This document shows positions 1-9,600 of a stretch of 57,788 bases of DNA, in pieces. The stretch comes from Candidatus Sumerlaeaceae bacterium. GTDB lineage: Bacteria; Sumerlaeota; Sumerlaeia; Sumerlaeales; Sumerlaeaceae. The translations under genes were made by a program, and so were the position numbers. Location: NCBI GenBank assembly GCA_051003195.1, contig JBPCLP010000015.1:1-57788 (forward strand), written 5' to 3'. The notes beneath the pieces are model-generated. The model did no database searches and was not told where the DNA came from. It saw only the letters and a list, made by a program, of their open reading frames with translations. Within the stretch, counting starts at the first letter, position 1, and each line of letters begins with the position of its first letter.

Positions 1-278
1 CGCGCAACTTGCGGATTATTTCGTCCGGCTTGTGCTTCTTTCTCGCCACTTCTCGTCTCCTTTGTTTGCTTTCCAGCAAACCCGGAGACTAACATTCAAC
101 GTGGATCAGTTTTCGGGGGGCATTCCAGCATCCCGAAAGGCCCGTTCATCTAAGGGCGTCTCCGATTGTAAGCATGCGGCGCAATTTCTTCTGTATTGCC
201 GTCCTTTTTGCAAATTGCCCTGATGGCCGGAATTTCCTGACCGACTTTAATGGCGATCAACCCAAGATCTGCGCCCGG

Positions 279-3200
279 TTAATACCAGATCCAGTTATCT
301 ATCGCTGCGTTGATCGGTGTAATGCCATAATTGGGCGGAGTCCATTGCGTAGAGTCGCCTCCCGCCAGCTCGATAAACACCTTATAGAAGAATGTCGTGT
401 TAGACGGAAGGCCAGAATCTGAATACACATTGGTGGTAACGAGTGCCCCCGGTTGGCGCAGATACGTGCCCTCGATGCCGCTTGCGCTGCGGTGCACGCT
501 GTACCCCTGCGTGGTCGGCGGCTTTTCGTTTTCCGTCCAGTTCAAGTTGATTGAATTGGAGCCAACGGTGACCACCAGGCCGTTGTTCGCCGTTCCGCCG
601 CCCGTGGTATCGACCACCAGCTTGTGCGATGTGTCATCGGGAATGACAAAAGTGTCGGCAGCCCTGGCGTTGCTGACACGCAGCGTATTCAGCCCGTTTC
701 CGGTATCGCTCTGAACCCAGAAACTTCCCTGCCAGGTGGTTGAATTGATCCAACCGGGATTGGGCTCCACTACGTGGTTCTCGTAGGGAGAGGCCAGTCC
801 GAAGGTCACCGCCGGATCCACTGACGTGTTCATTGCCTTGCTGAAGATTAGCGTGAAAGTTGTGAAGCCGACGTTTACGGCGTTCGCCGTATTGGGTGTG
901 ACATCCAGCAGAAAGGCCGGCGGGGTGCTGTCGGGGGCGTTTGGAACGGCGGACGTTGCAAATTCACCGGCAGTACCCCAGTTTGCGTACCACCCGTTCG
1001 CGAGACCATTCTCAAAGGCGTCGTAGATTCGCGTCACGTTGGCGGGGGTCGGCCAGGGGCTTCCAGTCATCTGCGCTGTAGATGACGTTCCCCAGTAATT
1101 GAAGCGACAATCCTTCAGTCCGCCGGGGCTAACGTTGGTGTTGTCGTAAAAGTCGTAGGTGCCATTGCTGAAAATGTTACTATTATTCAATAGTCCGCCG
1201 ACAGGGATATTTCTTACGCCGTCGCTTCCATTATTCCGAATCGTTGAAAACGTAATATTACCCGTTGGCGCACTTACGCCGTACGATGCATTTGCAACGA
1301 CCCAGGAGTTCGAGACGGCAGCCGGTGTAGAGGCACCAATACCTGAATTGCCGACGACAGTAGAATCCGTGATAGTCCCAGCCGTTACTCCGTTACCCCC
1401 GTTACCAGCGATGTAGGAGGAGGCGATCAACGTTGCTCCCGATACTCCAGAACCATTGCCAGCGATCTTCGAGTTGCTGATCGAACTAACTCCAGAAACG
1501 GCTGTTCCACCATTCTTCAGTACCGTAGAATCCGTCAGCACACTCGAGCCCGATCCAGACACTCCCGCCGCCGTATTACTTGTAGAGATACAATTGCTGA
1601 TAGTTGAACCGTTTGTAACAAGCCCGTTTCCGGTGTTCTGAACTGCAACGCAGGCAGTCGCAGTTCCGCCGCTGCTGATCGTGATTCCTGCGCCGCCATT
1701 TCGGAGTGCGGTGCAGCTTGTTATATTTCCAACCAGACACGTAATACCGGCGCCGAGATTATCATTGGAGCTACAATTTTCCACCGTGCCGGAAGTTGTC
1801 ATACCGACAGAGCGATTCCCCTGACTGATGGAATCGCTGATGGCCGTGCAAATCAGCCCACTACCGTGGTTGCCTTGCACCGTGGCTGAAGTCATATTCC
1901 CACCAGAAAGGCCGGTTGAAATATTGTACGTAGCAGTACAGCTCTCCAAAAGGTGATTGATCGCGTTAATACCGCTGAGCAGGTTTGCGCTGGCACTGCA
2001 GGACGTAACCGCCGTGGTGCCGGCACTCAACTTGAGCCCATTACTTAGGTTCCGGTTAAAGGTGCAGTTTTGGATTAATGTATCGGGGAGATCGCTTAGG
2101 CACCCGAGTGTGTTTTCAACAGTACAATAGGACATCGAGGCACTGGCTGCGGTTGACTTGATATAGAGCTGCCCCGCAGGATGGTAGGGAGGATTGGCAG
2201 GGTTAAATTCGTGAATGCCAACATCGACCGTTGCGCTCACTCCGCCATTAATTGGCCTGGACGTGCCTTCGATGTCTGTAGATGGAGCGCCTGTGTTCGT
2301 TCCCGAATCGATGCATGGAGATCCCTTCTGCACCCGGTATTCTGTGCACGTCCATCCCACCGGCCCTTTTACAGTCGAGCCGACATTTCCAGAAACGGTT
2401 ATCTGCGTCGGCGATGCTGAGAGCACGTAGAAGAGCCGGTTTGGGCTAAGCACCCTTATTACCGCGCCGGCCAAGCCGCTCGCAGGAAACGACGCATCTG
2501 AATTGGTCAGAACAGTTACCTGACGCGTATTGTCCACCGATACTGCCGAGGCAACGCCACAGCACACGGTTCCCGTAAACAGCGGATCTAAATCAAAGTT
2601 GCCAGTTCCCGCGAAACCGCCCTGAATGTCACAATAAGTAGCCGAGACGGTGCCAGATATCTGACCTCCACCATTCCCGCGGATAACCGAATTGGAGATT
2701 GATAAGGTACCACCGTTTCGCAACACACCACGCATGGTGCTCGATACATTACTGATAACGTTGTTAAATGCTGTTAGTACGCCTCCAGTCTCGCATGCCA
2801 CCGCGCTTCCAGGACTTCCACTGCCTTGATTGTCGGTTAATACGTTATTGGAAAAGGTAACGGGTCCAAACACGTCCACGATCTGCGACGCATTGCGATT
2901 GTCGCTAATGACGTTGTTGCTGATCGTTCCTCCATACGATGTTATAAGCTGAGCATTACTGGATGAGTTGCGAATGATAACGTTATTCCTTATCGTGTCA
3001 GATGCACCGAATCCAATAAGGCCGCCCCCACCGAGGCCAATCGAGTTGCCAGAGACGACATTGTTCAAGAATACAGCCACCCCCGAACTTGAGAAAGTAC
3101 CGGTGTTATTGACGAAAGCGCAATTTGTGACCGTACCGTTCAGATAAGCCGCCACCGTCGGAGGGCCAAGGCTCGAAGTTACACCCGTTAGGGTAAATCC

Positions 3201-5495
3201 ATCAATTTTGCTGTCCGAAGTCCCGGTGAAAGCAGTTTGAGTACCTTGCGCGTTGAGAATGCTGATATTTGCGAAGATGTCGCGCGACCATACACCTGCT
3301 AAATAACCGCCGAAAACATCCACGAATGGCTGCATCTGCAGCGGCGCGTAGGTTCCCTCGGCGACCAGGAGCGCGTACAATTTAGATACAGCCGCATCCC
3401 CAATCTGGCTTTGCGCAAAGTTAATTGTTTGCCACGGATTTCCCGCAGTCCCAGTACCGGTAACGTCCGATCCGGCTGCAACATCGACATAGCGCACTTG
3501 GTTGTAACCGGCAAGACTCACTGATGTGTTTTTCGGTCCCACACCACCCATCGGCGCAAATGCCGAAGGTTGCTTCGTGGAAGTAAATACAATCGGCTGA
3601 GCAGCAGTGCCGTTGGCAGTGAATGCGCCTGAATTGATGTTTATGTTAACGCCAGGGGCCAATTTTACCGTGGTGCCAGGCTGAACTGTTAGGCCTGATC
3701 CCACATTGAAATTCTGGCTATTCAAAATCTCGTAAGTATTGTTCGCTGTCCACACCTGCGGGCTGAAATAGCTCGAGCTCACGATCGTGGTGGAGTTCTC
3801 ACCTTGGACGTTTAACGTAAGGGGCACTGTATAGGTCCCGCCATTCGATGCGACTGCGAGTGTGAACGGAATTGGATGTGCGGGCGAACCGCTGTTCAGG
3901 CTTACCGTGAATGTATCCGTTAGCGACTTGATTTCCGAGTTTTTAATATTACCCCAGGCGCCTGTTCCATCATTTACAAGAAGTTGACTATCGCTGCTGG
4001 CCAGCGAGCCGGTAACGCTCGCCGCGTCAGCTGCTGCGTTATTCAACGTGACAACCAGCCGCACAGTTTCGCCCTTGTCGAAAGTTCCATCGTTGTTGTT
4101 GCCTGCAAACACCGCCGTGTTGTCGTCGATTGTGACCGAGGCGACCGAGAGCGCCGGCGTCATGACGGTTTCCAGCGCGACCTTGGCGCTTAGTTTGCCC
4201 GAGCCCGCGCTATTGGCGGGAGTAAAGCTTCCGGACACTAGCTGCGCGGTCGCCAGCAAGTGCTGACGAATCGCGCCGGCCGACTGCGTCGGGTATTTGG
4301 CTTTGAGCAGCGCGGCCACGCCTGAGACTACCGGCGCGGCAAAGCTTGTTCCCGAGCCGTAGCTGCCGTTATACTGCGATCCCGGGATAGTTGAAAACAT
4401 TGTGTCGCCGGGCGCGACCAGATCTACCAGAGTCGTATCGGTTCCGTTATAGTTCGAATAAGGCGCACGTGAAACTCCGTCATCGGCGATCGCACCCACA
4501 CCGATGACCGTATCGTAGCTGGCGGGATAGACCGGCGAACTGCCCTGGTTGTCATTGCCCGCCGCGCCCACCAGCAGCATGCCGGCTGCAGCAGCATCGT
4601 CGCATGCGTTTTCCAATAACTGCGAAGCACCTGTGAAACGGATACTCATGTTTGCGACTTGTGCACCGTGGCTGACCGCCCAGTCCAGCGCCGAGATGAC
4701 CCGCGCCGTGGTCACCACGCCCGTTGTGTCCGTCACGTCCAGCGAGAGGATCTTGCACCCGAATGCCACGCCGGCGATGCCCTGGCCGTTATTACCGCTG
4801 GCTCCAATGATGCCCGCTACGCGTGTACCGTGGCCGATGTCATCCACGATGTTCGTGTTGTTGTCGACAAAGTTATAAGAGTTGCCCACGTCGAGCGCGC
4901 TCGCCAGGTCAGGGTGAATTGTCTCGGCTCCCGAGTCGATTACCGCCACCACCACGGACGCGCTGGAGCCGGCCTGCACCTGCCAGGCGTCCGGCATACC
5001 CACGACGCCAAAGTCCGTCGCCTGCTGCACCGAATACAGCGGATCACTCGGCACGTAGCACAGGCTGCCGGCGTAATTCGGCTCCACCGCAACGACACCC
5101 GGCAACTGCTTCAGCTCCTGCATAACCGAAGCGGCATCTGCATCCGCCGGAAACACCAGGCGCAGCACGTCGGCAGATCCAGCCGCAGACTTTTGCCCCT
5201 TCTTGGCACTCTTCGTCAGCCGCTCTGCGCCGGCCAGCTTGTGGCGCGTCGCGACTTTCTCCAGGGCCGAGCCACTGCCCGCGCGAACAGCTCCCAGGCC
5301 TTTTCCCGCCGCCGGCTCATCCAGCTCGATACCTCCGCCGCTCACCCGCACGACAAACTCGCCCGGCACCACCTGGGGACTATTTGCGCCACCAAACGCG
5401 GTAATGCATGCTGAGGCAGTCAAAATCGCAAATAAATGTCTGGAGGCAGAAACGAGGTCAGAACGTCCGCTCAATGGATGAAAGGGGTGTAACAT
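279..5495 (-). CDS. Large secreted S8 (subtilisin-family) serine peptidase with parallel beta-helix repeats and Ig/FN3-like C-terminal domains
   Basis: Catalytic motifs VAVIDSG, HGTRVAG and GTSFAAP. Hydrophobic N-terminal segment followed by a prodomain. Asn/Gly/Ser-rich beta-helix repeats, a DUF1565-like GTGTAGNPWQTI segment and an SPCIDSG...DIEG...VDVG motif. ORF is open to 5540; ATG 5495 chosen, start uncertain. Confidence 0.9.
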   Translation of the reverse strand: MLHPFHPLSGRSDLVSASRHLFAILTASACITAFGGANSPQVVPGEFVVRVSGGGIELDEPAAGKGLGAVRAGSGSALEKVATRHKLAGAERLTKSAKKGQKSAAGSADVLRLVFPADADAASVMQELKQLPGVVAVEPNYAGSLCYVPSDPLYSVQQATDFGVVGMPDAWQVQAGSSASVVVAVIDSGAETIHPDLASALDVGNSYNFVDNNTNIVDDIGHGTRVAGIIGASGNNGQGIAGVAFGCKILSLDVTDTTGVVTTARVISALDWAVSHGAQVANMSIRFTGASQLLENACDDAAAAGMLLVGAAGNDNQGSSPVYPASYDTVIGVGAIADDGVSRAPYSNYNGTDTTLVDLVAPGDTMFSTIPGSQYNGSYGSGTSFAAPVVSGVAALLKAKYPTQSAGAIRQHLLATAQLVSGSFTPANSAGSGKLSAKVALETVMTPALSVASVTIDDNTAVFAGNNNDGTFDKGETVRLVVTLNNAAADAASVTGSLASSDSQLLVNDGTGAWGNIKNSEIKSLTDTFTVSLNSGSPAHPIPFTLAVASNGGTYTVPLTLNVQGENSTTIVSSSYFSPQVWTANNTYEILNSQNFNVGSGLTVQPGTTVKLAPGVNININSGAFTANGTAAQPIVFTSTKQPSAFAPMGGVGPKNTSVSLAGYNQVRYVDVAAGSDVTGTGTAGNPWQTINFAQSQIGDAAVSKLYALLVAEGTYAPLQMQPFVDVFGGYLAGVWSRDIFANISILNAQGTQTAFTGTSDSKIDGFTLTGVTSSLGPPTVAAYLNGTVTNCAFVNNTGTFSSSGVAVFLNNVVSGNSIGLGGGGLIGFGASDTIRNNVIIRNSSSNAQLITSYGGTISNNVISDNRNASQIVDVFGPVTFSNNVLTDNQGSGSPGSAVACETGGVLTAFNNVISNVSSTMRGVLRNGGTLSISNSVIRGNGGGQISGTVSATYCDIQGGFAGTGNFDLDPLFTGTVCCGVASAVSVDNTRQVTVLTNSDASFPASGLAGAVIRVLSPNRLFYVLSASPTQITVSGNVGSTVKGPVGWTCTEYRVQKGSPCIDSGTNTGAPSTDIEGTSRPINGGVSATVDVGIHEFNPANPPYHPAGQLYIKSTAASASMSYCTVENTLGCLSDLPDTLIQNCTFNRNLSNGLKLSAGTTAVTSCSASANLLSGINAINHLLESCTATYNISTGLSGGNMTSATVQGNHGSGLICTAISDSISQGNRSVGMTTSGTVENCSSNDNLGAGITCLVGNITSCTALRNGGAGITISSGGTATACVAVQNTGNGLVTNGSTISNCISTSNTAAGVSGSGSSVLTDSTVLKNGGTAVSGVSSISNSKIAGNGSGVSGATLIASSYIAGNGGNGVTAGTITDSTVVGNSGIGASTPAAVSNSWVVANASYGVSAPTGNITFSTIRNNGSDGVRNIPVGGLLNNSNIFSNGTYDFYDNTNVSPGGLKDCRFNYWGTSSTAQMTGSPWPTPANVTRIYDAFENGLANGWYANWGTAGEFATSAVPNAPDSTPPAFLLDVTPNTANAVNVGFTTFTLIFSKAMNTSVDPAVTFGLASPYENHVVEPNPGWINSTTWQGSFWVQSDTGNGLNTLRVSNARAADTFVIPDDTSHKLVVDTTGGGTANNGLVVTVGSNSINLNWTENEKPPTTQGYSVHRSASGIEGTYLRQPGALVTTNVYSDSGLPSNTTFFYKVFIELAGGDSTQWTPPNYGITPINAAIDNWIWY

Positions 5496-5758
5496 GTCGT
5501 AACTTCTCCAGATGTAGTGGTCAGTGCAGAGTAGCCACATCCCAAGCCGGTGAGGCTCCTTCTACAGGAACCAGCAGCCTTTGCGAAGCTACATTAATGG
5601 TCAACTTCAAAATGGCCAGGATGATGCGGAAACTTGATGATATCCGATATCAAATAGCTTGAACTACTGCAATGGTATGACCAGCGTATAGTGCTCTACG
5701 CCAAATGATTAGACTTACAACATGACCTGCGCGAAACGCTGCGCTTAAGGAACCGACC

Positions 5759-6613
5759 TTGGACATTTTCGAGGGATTAACCGCCCGCCAAATTGACATC
5801 ATACGGTTCACGAGGTCGTATCGGGAGGTGGAGAAGGGCGAAGTAGTCTTCCAGGAAGGGGAGCCTGCTCGGAGTCTTTTTACAATTGTCAGCGGGTGCA
5901 TCAATATAGTTCGCCAGGGATTGGACGGTCCGGCATGTGTGGCTGCTTTAGGCCCAGGGGAAGTTTTTGGGGAAATGGGCCTGCTCTCGAAAGCGGGAAG
6001 AACCGCAACTGCTGAAGCCGCCGAATCCTCGTTATTGTTCGAGATCCCAAACGATGCTGTCCTGTCAATGAATGCTGCATGTGGACCTGAAGCAACGATC
6101 AAGCTGCTGAGCAATCTTGTTCTCATTTTGAGTGATCGCCTCGGAAAACAGAATGCATCAAAAGTACCTGGTCCAAAGAGCTGGCTTGCGGACTCGGTTG
6201 CGGTGGAGGCGCAGGACGCACTTGCGACGGTAGCTAAAGCCTTACCCAAAAAGTTTCTGTCGAAGCAGGTTGCCAAAAAATGTCTGATTCCCGGGGAATA
6301 CCTGTGCCGGAAAAACGACCCCGCGGATGGCTTTTATTTCATACACGACGGCACATTGCAGGTTCGTGATGAGAAGGCCGGGACGAGTGTACCAAGCACG
6401 CTCGATGTTTTAGACGGACCGGCAGTCACGGGACAGGGAGCGTTTCTCAAACGCTCTCCGCGTAATGCAAGCCTGATGGCTATAACTGATGTCAGTTATA
6501 CCCACTTCACGTCGGCCGAGTTTCAAAAGATGGTAGAAAAGCGGCCGCAGGAGGCTCTGGATGTACTCATGGCCACAGCCCAGTACCTGGTCTACTGGCT
6601 GGCACGCGGCTGA
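5759..6613 (+). CDS. Tandem cyclic nucleotide-binding (cNMP) domain protein with no HTH
   Basis: Domain 1: GEVVFQEGE...GPGEVFGEMGLL...RTATA. Domain 2: GEYLCRKND...FYFIHDG...GQGAFL...PRNAS. TTG start preceded by AAGGAA. Confidence 0.85.
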   Translation: MDIFEGLTARQIDIIRFTRSYREVEKGEVVFQEGEPARSLFTIVSGCINIVRQGLDGPACVAALGPGEVFGEMGLLSKAGRTATAEAAESSLLFEIPNDAVLSMNAACGPEATIKLLSNLVLILSDRLGKQNASKVPGPKSWLADSVAVEAQDALATVAKALPKKFLSKQVAKKCLIPGEYLCRKNDPADGFYFIHDGTLQVRDEKAGTSVPSTLDVLDGPAVTGQGAFLKRSPRNASLMAITDVSYTHFTSAEFQKMVEKRPQEALDVLMATAQYLVYWLARG

Positions 6614-6631
6614 TTCCGCCATCTCATTACC

Positions 6632-9600
6632 TTAAGCCAGGGCGCTCATGGGGACAGGCATGAAGCCGTCGCGCTCTGCCGCGGCGATCGCTTCTTCGAT
6701 AAAGGCGGTTTTCGAGCGGCTATAAAGGGGACGTTCGGAACCGAACTCTCGTGCCAGCGCAGTTTTCAACTCCGCGTATTGTTTAACTGCCAAGGGAGTT
6801 GCGCGCAAATAGTCGCGAAACGCTAACATACGCCTGTAATGGTATCCGTGCAATTGAACGATGTGCACGTGACACGTACGCATCGGCACTTTTCTAAAAC
6901 AGTGACGCTCAACATCATAGGTAGGTACCGTTGCGAACCCAATCGCCTCCATGTATGCCTCGTACTCGGAAACAACCGCAAGGTTTTGAACCGCAACAAG
7001 GATATCGATAAGGGGCTTGGAGCAAAGGCCGGGCACGGCCGTGCTCCCAACGTGATGTATTTCAGCAGCCTGCTGCCCGAGGGCCCCTGCAACAATCGCG
7101 GCGTCACGCTCATAATCCAACGGCCACTGGGCGTCATAGTCCACCATGGCAATCTGGTCCTCCGCGTAGGACCATTGATGTGAAGGAAGGCCGAGGGAAC
7201 CCAGGACGCGCTGCACCCGCTTCTCCTCCGTAGTATTGTGCTGCGTCCTGGCGACTTTGATGCACAGCATCGCCGTGCTGTAAGCCTCCTGGTTTTGTCC
7301 CTGTCGAAGTTGCGACATGGCTACAAGCCGCAACAATCGGGGCTTTTCCGATTCGTAACCCTTGATGGCTAATTCCGACATTGCAGAATTGAGTTTCTTC
7401 TCGGCTTGTGGAACCTGACCCTGGAGCAGCTTAAGTTCAGCCTCGACCAGATCGAGAGAGAAGATGCGTTCGGCGTCGCCAAGAGTCTTTGCAAGTTTGC
7501 GAGCCTGACCCAAGATTCGCTTCGCCCTGGCAATATCCTCCGCTAGTAAGCAGGAAAGTGCGAGGTTTTCGAGAGCGATGGCACAACTACGCTTATCCCC
7601 GATGCGTTCTGCCAGCTCGAGGGACTTTAAACTATGCGCATTCGCCTGCGTAAAGTCCTCCATTGCGAGGCCCAGGCTGGCAAGGTTTCCATGCACGGCG
7701 GTGAGCGCCTGGCGGAAACGGATTTGCTCGGCAAGCGCCAGCGCCTCGCTGTACGATTCCTTCGCTTGCTCATATAATCCCATGTTTTCCTGAATGATAC
7801 CAATGTTCATATGCGCCGCAGCGATACCGAACTTGTTCTGTGCGACCCGGTAAAGTTCGATTGCGTGACGGAACTGCTCTGCCGCGGACTCAAGTCGTCC
7901 CGTTTTCCATTCGGTAAGTGCGTAATTGTTCCATGCATCTGCGGCGATTGCCGGGTGCGACCCTGCCAGATTCAGTTCGGTAGCCTGCCTGAAATATCGG
8001 CTGGCTTCAGTAATGTTGCCCAGTCCCCACTCGCACATGCCAAAGCGGGATAATAGCAGGCCACAGAATCGGGGATCCTGCTCTGCGTCGGCTTCTGGTA
8101 GTGCATGTTCCAGATATTCGCGCGCCTTTAAGTATTCCCCCCGGGAATGATAGACGCAGGCGAGCTCAATGTCAAAGCAGGCCACGCCTTTCCTGTCGCC
8201 AGCCGAGCAGGCCAGCTTCATGCCCGCGTCCAGATTCTCCTGTGCGACAGGCGATTCGCCGGCTAACCAGTGCAGCCGGCCCTTTACCCTGAGGATCTGC
8301 ATGCAAGTCTGTTGATGACGATCGGGGTACTCTGATTTTTCAATATGCGCGAGAAGCCGTTGATATGCCTCAATTGCCTCGTGGGTAGCCGCCAGCTTTT
8401 CAGCGCTGTCCCCAGCGATTCTCAAATATTTGATAGCCGACTCGTGCTCGTCGCTGTTTCCGTAATGATAGGCGAGAGTATCCAGATGCTCGTCGAGGGA
8501 ATCTGCAAACCGCGCCTCAATCTTCTGCGCGATCGCACGATGCAGCTCTCGCCGTTGTCTATCGAGCAATGAATGGTACGCAACCTCTCGCACAGCATTA
8601 TGCTGGAACCAGAATTCCAGCCCATCTGGCAGGGCAGCCTCCTCCAGGAGTTCGTCGTTCTTCAACGCGTAGAGATTCGCGAGCAGACCATCCCGTATGA
8701 AACTGAACAGCTCGATGATCCGATAGGGAAACCGATTGCCCAGGACGGCAGCACATTGCAGAATCTGCTTCTTTGCGGATTCGAGCGAATCGACTCGCGA
8801 CTGGACCAGTTCGCGCACGGAAAGCGGAACCTTCGCAAGAGCATTGCGCATGAGATTCTCCCGCTGCTCATGGCTGCGAGCAGCTTTGCACACCGTGGAA
8901 ATGCTTCGCGCCAGCTCGATAATGTAGAACGGGTTCCCTGAGATCTCTTTCAGCCGATCCGCGGGAACCAAGTTGAGCAGCTCTTCCGAATCCAGCGCAG
9001 TGCCGAACAGCGACTCCCTGTCAGACACGGGCAGTTCTTCAAGCACGAGAGCCTGCAACCCTTCGAAATTCCACGTCTGCACGCTGGATTCATTACGACA
9101 CGAAACGAGGAAAAATGTCCCGCGCGGCGCGGGCCGCTTCAAGATCGAGGCAAGTACTTCGACACTGGTATGATCCGCCCACTGCAGATCGTCAAACGCT
9201 ACAATAAGCGGGCCGCCGCAGTTGGCCATGCTTTCCAGCAGTATCCGGATGTCAGCAGCGATCATCTGGCGCAGGTTGCCGGGAGGAAGGGCGGATAGTT
9301 TCGCGATGCAATCGGGATCACCCATGATCGCCCGCATAGTGACGGTGTTCTCTGCCGCCACATTACACTTCTTCAGAAGCGCGCGAAACGCTTTTGATAT
9401 CTCAGCTCGCGACCTTGTGAGACATGCGCCACTCATGTGACAAAACAAATCGCGCCAGATGCTCCACGGCGTTCGACCCGCGAAAGGCGCCGTTTCGACG
9501 AGGAAGGAACGTATAGGATCCTTCGAGGCAGAAAACTGTTTCATGAGCCGCGATTTGCCAATGCCCGCATCACCGACGAGTACGGCTCCCGCCAGTTCAG

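Noticed and set aside
60..230. Possible c-di-GMP-type riboswitch (GCAAA, CCGAAAGG and CTAAG words)
   Set aside because: The words are not in the order and pairing of the c-di-GMP-I consensus; an Rfam scan would be needed.
4659..5414. 251-aa plus-strand ORF and the many other antisense or nested ORFs in the track
   Set aside because: They shadow well-supported genes on the opposite strand or another frame, as expected in GC-rich DNA, and have no recognisable motifs.
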